In this document: positions 1 to 5,768 of the stretch, piece by piece
How the letters are laid out: every line of letters begins with the position of its first letter
Numbering within the stretch: the stretch's first letter is position 1
From: an archaeon
Lineage (GTDB): Archaea; Aenigmatarchaeota; Aenigmatarchaeia; Aenigmatarchaeales; DATDXV01
Assembly: GCA_035289205.1 (NCBI GenBank)
Contig: DATDXV010000008.1
Location: 1-47,223, forward strand
Length of the DNA stretch: 47,223 nucleotides
Reading direction: 5' to 3'
The notes under the pieces: generated by a model
What the model was told of the DNA's origin: nothing
The model's input: the letters and a program-made list of their open reading frames with translations, nothing else
Database searches by the model: none
Made by a program: the position numbers and the translations under genes

Positions 1-447
1 GAATGCCATGTTTGCCCCCCATATGTTGTTATATCCGAACTTCGAAAGAAACCTTGGGAACAGATCTGCCCATATGCGGAAGTTCTTCCTCATCAGATAG
101 CTTCCATCATAGCAGCTAAGCGGGCCCGATATGGCATCATACCCTTCAATGTTCTTGATTATCTTCTCTGTCCAGTCCGATGGCGACCTGCTGTCTGCAT
201 CGCAGAATGCGATGATGTCGCCTTTGGCTATATCTAGTGCCATGTCTCTGGCCTTTCCTATTCCGCTCTTGTCATCGTAAACCACTCTGTCTGCATACTT
301 CTTTGCTATCTTTACTGTATTGTCTGTAGAATGGTTGTCTATTACTATTATTTCAGGTCTTATTTTCTGCTTGCTTAAGAGTATAAGGCATCCTTCTAGG
401 AAGTTCTCCTCGTTCTTTGCGCATACTACTACTGATATGCTGCTCAT
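1..447 (-). CDS. family-2 glycosyltransferase, N-terminal part (3' end runs off the window)
   Basis: Own translation from ATG at 447: MSSISVVVCAKNEENFLEGCLILLSKQKIRPEIIVIDNHSTDNTVKIAKKYADRVVYDD...GDIIAFCDADS. This is a GT-A/GT2 signature (NE.., DNxSTD, DAD). No stop before position 1. Not in the ORF track. Confidence 0.75.
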   Translation of the reverse strand, partial: MSSISVVVCAKNEENFLEGCLILLSKQKIRPEIIVIDNHSTDNTVKIAKKYADRVVYDDKSGIGKARDMALDIAKGDIIAFCDADSRSPSDWTEKIIKNIEGYDAISGPLSCYDGSYLMRKNFRIWADLFPRFLSKFGYNNIWGANMAF

Positions 448-467
448 AACATATTCCTTGTTTTTAT

Positions 468-584
468 TGGTGTCGCGGGTGAGATTTGAACTCACGACCC
501 CCAGATCTCTCATCGCACATGCGTGCTAGACACTCATATTTGTGAATATGAGTCTGGTGCTCTACCAGGCTGAGCCACCGCGAC
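468..584 (-). tRNA. tRNA-Met or Ile2 (anticodon CAT) with one 40-nt intron
   Basis: Cloverleaf GTCGCGG-TG-GCTC-AGCCTGGTA-GAGC-A-CCAGA-CTCATA[intron 507..546]A-TCTGG-GGGTC-GTGAG-TTCAAAT-CTCAC-CCGCGAC-A-CCA. The intron is at 37/38 with BHB central helix CTCA/TGAG and 3' bulge AG|A. CCA is encoded. G1-C72 argues against an initiator tRNA. Confidence 0.9.
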
Positions 585-661
585 GATTTCTTAGAATATG
601 AAGGAGAGCTAATTTAATAAAGATGCTAAAACTTATTTATATCCAGCGCTAGGATATCTGT

Positions 662-1291
662 ATGAGTTTTTTAAGAAGAAGCTATGATGAGTCATACTAC
701 GATGGCAGCTTATTGAGCAGGAACCCCTTTCTGAAGATTGACATAAGAAACAAGCTAGAGCTGATAAGCTCCTTTAAGCGGAGCGGAAGTTTGCTGGAGA
801 TAGGCTGCGGGGATGGGAAGCTGTTGACTAGCCTGAAAGGCAGATACGATGTCGCAGGCACAGATCTGTCAGAATACGCCATTCGAAAGGCCGCTGGATC
901 AATCGACAAGAACAAGCTGAAGGTTTCTGACATAGAAAGAGAAGCCATAAGGGGCAAGTACGATATAATAGTAGCATTTGACGTACTCGAACACCTAAGG
1001 AGTCCAAAAGCCGCAATTGCGAAAATCAGGAAGTCATTGAAACAAGGCGGGATTCTCATTTTTTCCGTGCCCAACAACTACGGAATATTTGGAAACATCA
1101 TGACAAGAATATTTAACTATTTAGACAGCACCCATGTGTCAACTCTTAAGAGAGAGGAGTGGATCCAGCTGGTTGAAGACTCCGGTATGACTATAGAAAA
1201 GACCATAAACCAAACCCCGTTCAGATTTTTTGAATCAGAAATAGCGAAGCATTTCTCATTCAACTTGGTGGTTGTCGCTAGAAGAGAATGA
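662..1291 (+). CDS. class I SAM-dependent methyltransferase
   Basis: 209-aa ORF with motif I LEIGCGDGK and post-I/II DIIVAFDVLEHL. TATA-like TTTATAT at 636..642 lies about 23 nt upstream of the ATG. Confidence 0.8.
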   Translation: MSFLRRSYDESYYDGSLLSRNPFLKIDIRNKLELISSFKRSGSLLEIGCGDGKLLTSLKGRYDVAGTDLSEYAIRKAAGSIDKNKLKVSDIEREAIRGKYDIIVAFDVLEHLRSPKAAIAKIRKSLKQGGILIFSVPNNYGIFGNIMTRIFNYLDSTHVSTLKREEWIQLVEDSGMTIEKTINQTPFRFFESEIAKHFSFNLVVVARRE

Positions 1292-1306
1292 CAACTAAAG
1301 GTGGTT

Positions 1307-1427
1307 TGGCGGGCCCAGTGGGATTCGAACCCACGGCTTGCAGCTGACTTCGCTCTCATAGCTTTCGCTCGATTCTTTTAAGACAAGCTTAAAAGGCTGC
1401 CACTCTACCAGGCTGAGTTATGGGCCC
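1307..1427 (-). tRNA. tRNA-Lys (anticodon TTT) with one 44-nt intron
   Basis: GGGCCCA-TA-ACTC-AGCCTGGTA-GAGT-G-GCAGC-CTTTTA[intron 1346..1389]A-GCTGC-AAGCC-GTGGG-TTCGAAT-CCCAC-TGGGCCC-G-CCA. BHB central helix CTTT/GAAG, 3' bulge TC|A. CCA is encoded. Confidence 0.9.
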
Positions 1428-1460
1428 ATGCCTATAGTTTGACAGCGGGGCTTTTAATGT

Positions 1461-1721
1461 TTATTCTTTAGAAAGAGCTTTCTGCAGCTTTTCCTTTAAC
1501 TTGCCTTCTGGAACAAACCAGATGCCAAACGTCCCGTTGACATCAGAAACTTCAACGAGTCCCTTTCTCCCTTCCCTCTGCCTCTCTATGAAAATCTCGC
1601 TTTCATCCACCTCCAGGGTCAGCTCCTCGCCCTTGATGTTCTTGAAACCGTCCGCCCTCACCTTCCCTATCTCCAGAAGCCTTTCAGCAACGCCTCTGTC
1701 AATTTTTATAATAACAGGCAT
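1461..1721 (-). CDS. hypothetical protein (86 aa)
   Basis: Clean ORF between two tRNA genes on the same strand. No family recognised. Confidence 0.5.
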   Translation of the reverse strand: MPVIIKIDRGVAERLLEIGKVRADGFKNIKGEELTLEVDESEIFIERQREGRKGLVEVSDVNGTFGIWFVPEGKLKEKLQKALSKE

Positions 1722-1752
1722 AGAAGCTATTGCATTCTGTGGATAAAAAGAA

Positions 1753-1923
1753 TGGCGGTCGGGCCGGGAAATTCGCTGCTTCAGCAGTTTCGAACCCGGG
1801 TGTGTTGAAGGTTAACAGTAGTTAACCCTTCTCAGCCTCTCTGCATTAGTATTCGACAGAGCCGAATACTAACCACTATTAGCTGAATAGAGGACTTACC
1901 TCACAATCAAATACTACCCGACC
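1753..1923 (-). tRNA. tRNA-Asp (anticodon GTC), 171-nt gene with four intervening sequences
   Basis: Exons give GGTCGGG-TA-GTAT-AGTGGTTA-GTAT-T-CGGCT-CTGTCGA-GGCTG-(variable)-CCGGG-TTCGAAT-CCCGG-CCCGACC-G-CCA. Intron 1 is 1878..1910 (33 nt, position 13/14; central helix TAGT/GCTA). Intron 2 is 1839..1853 (15 nt, 37/38; CTGT/GCAG). Intron 3 is about 1804..1828 (variable region, GGTTAAC/GTTAACC hairpin, TGAG/TTCA; boundaries uncertain). Intron 4 is 1770..1788 (19 nt, 59/60; perfect hBHBh': CCGGG-TTCG-[AAA]-CTGC..GCAG-CGAA-[TTT]-CCCGG). G73 and G15/C48 are present. Confidence 0.8.
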
Positions 1924-1946
1924 ATGTCTTAAATTTATGTTTATCA

Positions 1947-1952
1947 TTTAAA
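1947..1952 (-). promoter_or_regulatory. TATA box (TTTAAA) for tRNA-Asp
   Basis: Centre lies 26-27 nt upstream of the tRNA 5' end at 1923. The same spacing is seen at the 5S gene and at several leaderless CDS. Confidence 0.6.
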
Positions 1953-1974
1953 TAATAGCATTCTTAGCCGCATT

Positions 1975-2643
1975 TTATAGATCTAGTAGCTTTAATTTTT
2001 CATGTACACCTTCTCTAATTCTATTTTTCTTATGAACTATTCTTATATGGGGTAAGATGCAATTTTTAATAAAAAGCACGTTTTTTCTAGAAATACAGAA
2101 CTCTGTTTCATGCCATCTCCCTTCAACTATTCTTCCATCTCTGAAAACAGATATTCCATATCTTTTGGTAACAGATACACCACATTTCATGAATTTCTCA
2201 ATAATGCTTATTAATTTCTTATTTTTCTTGTCATCTGTTATCCTTATAACATATTGGGGAGATTGCATTCTTTTGATTCTTACATCTCCGTCTCCATCTA
2301 TTACTCCTGCTAGATAAGCGCCAAAATTTGCTTCATAATTAGATACCCAAGCAGGAATTCCTGTTTTTGCTATACCCTCTTTTCCAAACCTTTTAAGTAA
2401 CTTATTCACAGACGTATGTATGTCAATTGTTCCATCTCTTAGAGTATGTATGGTTAAATCTCTACCGTATACTTCCCTTAGTGTTTTTCGGAACTCTTTT
2501 AACATCGGTATTGATTTGATACCAACATGTACTCCTATGTCTGTTCTTTTATAGATTTTATTTCTTTTCATAGTATTGTAAGTAGTTAGCTTTCCGTCGG
2601 TTTGTAGCACGCCTAAGAAATATGCTAATCTTTGATAATCCAT
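1975..2643 (-). CDS. LAGLIDADG homing endonuclease, double-motif, free-standing
   Basis: 222 aa with two LAGLIDADG motifs: LAYFLGVLQTDGKL near the N-terminus and FGAYLAGVIDGDGDV mid-protein. Visibly more A+T-rich than its neighbours. Not embedded in a recognisable intron or intein. Confidence 0.8.
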   Translation of the reverse strand: MDYQRLAYFLGVLQTDGKLTTYNTMKRNKIYKRTDIGVHVGIKSIPMLKEFRKTLREVYGRDLTIHTLRDGTIDIHTSVNKLLKRFGKEGIAKTGIPAWVSNYEANFGAYLAGVIDGDGDVRIKRMQSPQYVIRITDDKKNKKLISIIEKFMKCGVSVTKRYGISVFRDGRIVEGRWHETEFCISRKNVLFIKNCILPHIRIVHKKNRIREGVHEKLKLLDL

Positions 2644-2776
2644 ATTTTAGAATGCCTTTTCCTTGGCTTATACCCAATTAACTCTCGGAAGTGAAAATAG
2701 GCAACCTCTGCTTCCTATGGAAATAATCCTAATAGAAGAGAGATGTATTAAAAGCTTTAAGAAACTGTTGGTGCGT

Positions 2777-3424
2777 TCATGATTTTTTCTCCTCTTCTAC
2801 AAGGAAGACTGAAACGAATATGCCGGCCGCATCCTCATACATGGGTCTGCCTGCAGACATGCCAAATGACTTAGCATCAGGGGCCCAGAAGGATCCGACG
2901 GAAGCTTCGCCATTGTCATCAAAATTGATGGGACCCTGGTAAAACTCTACATCGGGCCTTGCCATGAGACCGGGCTTGACAAGGGAGTCGACTGTCCTAA
3001 AACCAGTATTTGTATCGTGCCACTCTCCGTAAACATCCAACTTGCCTCCAGAAGCGTTTATCCTTAGCCTTGTAGCTACCTTGTCTTTCCTGAATAAAGC
3101 ATCTATGTCTATCCAATAGTGAGTCGCCACATCCGGCAACTCGCTTTTTCTGCAGAATATCCTGTCATGAGCAACCTGCGGCGGAACCAGCCCTACAGTC
3201 ATGCCAGACTCGATTGTGATTATCTCCGCCAGCTTCAGCCTGTTCCAGAAATCCAGTCTGGAGAAATAGCTCATGTCTCGTCTTGCCCTGAATCTTTGCG
3301 GTATATCCTTTTCGGAACGGGGAGCGTATAAGCCTGGCTTGGTTGGAGCGGGTATGGAACTGTTGTGTATCTTTTCCCCAATGCAATAGGCAGGCTCGAA
3401 ATGAGTCTCTACATCGCTTGCCAT
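2777..3424 (-). CDS. hypothetical protein (215 aa)
   Basis: Long ORF with coding-like composition. No recognisable motif. Confidence 0.55.
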   Translation of the reverse strand: MASDVETHFEPAYCIGEKIHNSSIPAPTKPGLYAPRSEKDIPQRFRARRDMSYFSRLDFWNRLKLAEIITIESGMTVGLVPPQVAHDRIFCRKSELPDVATHYWIDIDALFRKDKVATRLRINASGGKLDVYGEWHDTNTGFRTVDSLVKPGLMARPDVEFYQGPINFDDNGEASVGSFWAPDAKSFGMSAGRPMYEDAAGIFVSVFLVEEEKKS

Positions 3425-3570
3425 AAAAAACTTAGGCTTCCAATCTTTTTAAACGCTTACAGATTTTGGTGTTTCCTGTTAACCAAACCGCCCTGATACA
3501 GAGTCCACCCGGCTTTCTTATTTCTGAGAAATATCTTCTCCATGCCTCTGAACTCCCTTATGCTACCATG

Positions 3571-3933
3571 TCAGCTGTTGACATATTTCCATCCTGGCAT
3601 CTCTTTTGCAGAAAATGCTTTAGGTCCCCTCCAAGGAGCGCTTTTAGGAGGACTCTGCAAAGCCTTCTTGACAAAGCTTAGCATCTCCTTATAGTTCTTC
3701 GGGTTCCAGAAACCGCGATAAGACATAGACCACACAGGCAGTTTCTTGAACCATACAATTTCCAAGCCCTGGAACGGTTCCCCTCCAACATACTGATCAA
3801 CGTATGTCCAGTCTCCTTTGTTGATTACTATGGTCTTAAGCCCTGGTCTGGGAGCAGATTCTTTTGCATCCCTGTCTGCCCAGCCTTCAATAGAATTAAG
3901 AAACTTTAGCAAGTCCTTGACTGTAAAAGACAT
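3571..3933 (-). CDS. hypothetical protein, DUF5680-like (start corrected to MSFTVKD)
   Basis: The track ORF 3571..4029 runs into the 5S rRNA gene. The ATG at 3933 lies about 26 nt downstream of TTTTTAAT (3955..3962). The conserved-looking core DWTYVDQYVGGEPFQGLEIVWFKKLPVWSMSYRG resembles DUF5680 from memory. Confidence 0.5.
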   Translation of the reverse strand: MSFTVKDLLKFLNSIEGWADRDAKESAPRPGLKTIVINKGDWTYVDQYVGGEPFQGLEIVWFKKLPVWSMSYRGFWNPKNYKEMLSFVKKALQSPPKSAPWRGPKAFSAKEMPGWKYVNS

Positions 3934-3957
3934 AAGAAACATTGGTTTAGTATAATT

Positions 3958-3964
3958 AAAAAGG
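3958..3964 (-). terminator. oligo-T terminator after 5S rRNA
   Basis: The sense strand reads CC-TTTTT immediately after the 3' strand of 5S helix I. Confidence 0.55.
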
Positions 3965-4114
3965 TGTCTCCAGCGTCCTGATCTTCCCGTCTTTTCGACA
4001 GTACAAACCAGATCGATGCGCCGATTCACTTCCGTGTTCGTTCCACGTCAATAGCTATTAAAACCACAGACCGAATGGGAACGGGTCTTACCGAGCGCTC
4101 TTTGACCGGAGACA
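3965..4114 (-). rRNA. rrf: 5S rRNA gene (150 nt) containing a 32-nt BHB intron; mature about 118 nt
   Basis: The sense strand begins UGUCUCCGGUCAAAGAGCGCUCGGUAAGACCCGUUCCCAUUC, then the intron, then CGAACACGGAAGUGAAUCGGCGCAUCGAUCUGGUUUGUACUGUCGAAAAGACGGGAAGAUCAGGACGCUGGAGACA. Helix I is 9 bp (UGUCUCCGG/CUGGAGACA). After splicing, loop C reads CCCAUUCCGAAC followed by GGAAGUGAA. GUACUG and CGGGAAG elements are present. A TATA box sits at -26 and a T5 run follows the 3' end. Confidence 0.85.
4041..4072 (-). other. BHB intron inside 5S rRNA loop C (32 nt)
   Basis: Canonical hBHBh'. Outer helix GUUC/GAAC, central helix CCAU/GUGG, bulges UC|G and AA|C on opposite strands, inner helix GUC/GAC. Cleavage after the 2nd bulge nucleotide joins ...CCCAUUC to CGAAC.... 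Confidence 0.8.
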
Positions 4115-4137
4115 TTTATTATCATAACTGCAATCTA

Positions 4138-4143
4138 TTTAAA
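4138..4143 (-). promoter_or_regulatory. TATA box (TTTAAA) for 5S rRNA
   Basis: Centre lies 26-27 nt upstream of the first nucleotide of helix I (4114). It lies between the tRNA-Tyr 3' end and the 5S gene. Confidence 0.65.
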
Positions 4144-4149
4144 GATAAT

Positions 4150-4300
4150 TGGTCCCCGCTGGGTGATTTGAACACCCGACCTATCGGTGATTGCGGAGCG
4201 TTGCTAAATGATAAACACTAAGCGTGCTCATCTACAGCCGATCGCTCTACCAGTCTTTTAGCTACAGACTCCCACTAGAGTCTATAAGAGCTAAGCGGGG
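4150..4300 (-). tRNA. tRNA-Tyr (anticodon GTA) with two introns
   Basis: CCCCGCT-TA-GCTC[intron 4257..4287, 31 nt at 13/14]AGACTGGTA-GAGC-G-ATCGG-CTGTAG[intron 4189..4231, 43 nt at 37/38]A-CCGAT-AGGTC-GGGTG-TTCAAAT-CACCC-AGCGGGG-A-CCA. C1-G72 is typical of archaeal tRNA-Tyr. Intron 1 is a perfect BHB (central TAGC/GCTA, 9-bp inner helix). Intron 2 is relaxed. Confidence 0.9.
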
Positions 4301-4337
4301 TTGATAGAATTAGTCTAACAAACGTATATAAATCGTC

Positions 4338-5726
4338 TTACCTTGAGACCTTTACCCTTATGGTGTTCTCCCCCTGGGGTCCATAGAGAACAACAATGTT
4401 AGAATGCCTGGAAATAGCAAGCGTCCCCTCCCTTCCTCTTACCTCGCTCTTCGGCAAATGAAGATCTCCGACAATATCAGCAACAACCTTTACGTTGTAA
4501 TGCAGCACTCTTGTCTCGTGTTTGCCCATCTTTCCAACCCTCCATACGAGCTCAGTTCCATGATTCAGCTTTCTTATTGTAGGCTTGAGCGTTCCGAACT
4601 TCCCTGTCAGCGCAAACTGCGATGGTACAATGTCCTTGACAATGACAGAGTCCCTGTCCCTTGCCCTGTTTGCAACCGTTATTGACATTGACACCTCATC
4701 GCCCTTCCTCAGCTCGTGCTTGTTTGCATGCTTCGTTACAAGCAGCGCTGTATAGTTGAGATACCATACGATCCCCCCCGCGATTATTGCAATAAGCAAG
4801 AATGAATAGAGCAAATTCAGTTCGGAGTATCTGATTTCTGCAGCTTCTCCAGGTGAGAGACCCACGCTCCATACCGCTTCCCTTCCGCTAAGGCTTGTTG
4901 GATCAGGGCCGGAGTAAAGCACAAGCGGGTTCTTTGATATAATGGATTTCAGCTGCGCGTCTGCCTCAACATTACCTGTGTTCTTTGCGCTCAAAACAAC
5001 AAAATCAGCCAGTATTATGGAAGATACCTTTTTGTCATAATCAAACTCCTCTATCCTGGGTATCGTGAATAATTTCGTGTCCTCATATATTACCTTTCCG
5101 CTTGCATCCGCAACCTGCACAAGCAGGGAATAATCCGCGGGCTTGACGCCTGCCAGGTCAAAGCTCTGGGAGAACTCCTTCGTGTCAAAGGGCTGCATCT
5201 CGCCATATGCAAGAGTTTTCCCATCAATGCCTATGGAGAGCTTAAGGATTGTGTTTACATTTCTCGTCCCGACATTCTCCACAGTGCCGCCCACAGTGAT
5301 CTCGTTCAGGCATGTTATGCAGCTGACAGAAAGGTTTGTCACAATGACGGATGTGACCTGCAGGATGTTGGCAGCGAACTGCGTTTTGGCAACAGCGCCG
5401 TCGCTTGACCTTGTTATGGAGAAGTCATAATTATACACGCCGGGCCTGGCGTCCTTTCCAGGCAGGAAGGACACTTTGGGTGTTGCAATCTGCCCCTGCG
5501 CAACCTTTACAGCGCTTGAGTCTATTGTGATCCAGGCAGAGGGAACCCCAACCGCGGAGATGGAGAACCAGTCCTCCTTTCCTGCATTGGTTATCTTCAT
5601 ATCAAGCGTGTAGCTCCTTCCCGCAAGGAACTCCTTCGCCCCCTCAACGGAGATAGAAAAGTCTGCAGCAGCTACGGGCTGGATAACGAGCAAGAGCGGT
5701 ATTAGTAATAGCAGATACTTTTTCAT
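4338..5726 (-). CDS. secreted/membrane-anchored protein with beta-rich repeat (CARDB/DUF11-like) domains
   Basis: N-terminal signal peptide MKKYLLLLIPLLLVIQPVAAA. One TM segment (LLYSFLLIAIIAGGIVWYL) about 130 aa before the C-terminus. No enzymatic motif. Confidence 0.6.
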   Translation of the reverse strand: MKKYLLLLIPLLLVIQPVAAADFSISVEGAKEFLAGRSYTLDMKITNAGKEDWFSISAVGVPSAWITIDSSAVKVAQGQIATPKVSFLPGKDARPGVYNYDFSITRSSDGAVAKTQFAANILQVTSVIVTNLSVSCITCLNEITVGGTVENVGTRNVNTILKLSIGIDGKTLAYGEMQPFDTKEFSQSFDLAGVKPADYSLLVQVADASGKVIYEDTKLFTIPRIEEFDYDKKVSSIILADFVVLSAKNTGNVEADAQLKSIISKNPLVLYSGPDPTSLSGREAVWSVGLSPGEAAEIRYSELNLLYSFLLIAIIAGGIVWYLNYTALLVTKHANKHELRKGDEVSMSITVANRARDRDSVIVKDIVPSQFALTGKFGTLKPTIRKLNHGTELVWRVGKMGKHETRVLHYNVKVVADIVGDLHLPKSEVRGREGTLAISRHSNIVVLYGPQGENTIRVKVSR

Positions 5727-5768
5727 GTTATCTTCTTTATTTTAAGAAGAGCTGGCTTATATACTTTC

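Noticed and set aside
1804-1828. GGTTAAC-TACT-GTTAACC hairpin of the tRNA gene as a class II long variable arm (Leu/Ser)
   Set aside because: The anticodon loop assembled by the canonical 37/38 BHB reads CTGTCGA (GTC, Asp) with G73. The hairpin is flanked by a BHB-like 4-bp helix, so it is more likely an intron. Its boundaries remain uncertain.
3934-4029. N-terminal 32 codons of the track ORF 3571..4029 (MNRRIDLVCTVEKTGRSGRWRHLFNYTKPMFL)
   Set aside because: This stretch is the translation of the 3' half of the 5S rRNA gene and its terminator. A TATA-like box and the ATG at 3933 give a sensible shorter CDS.
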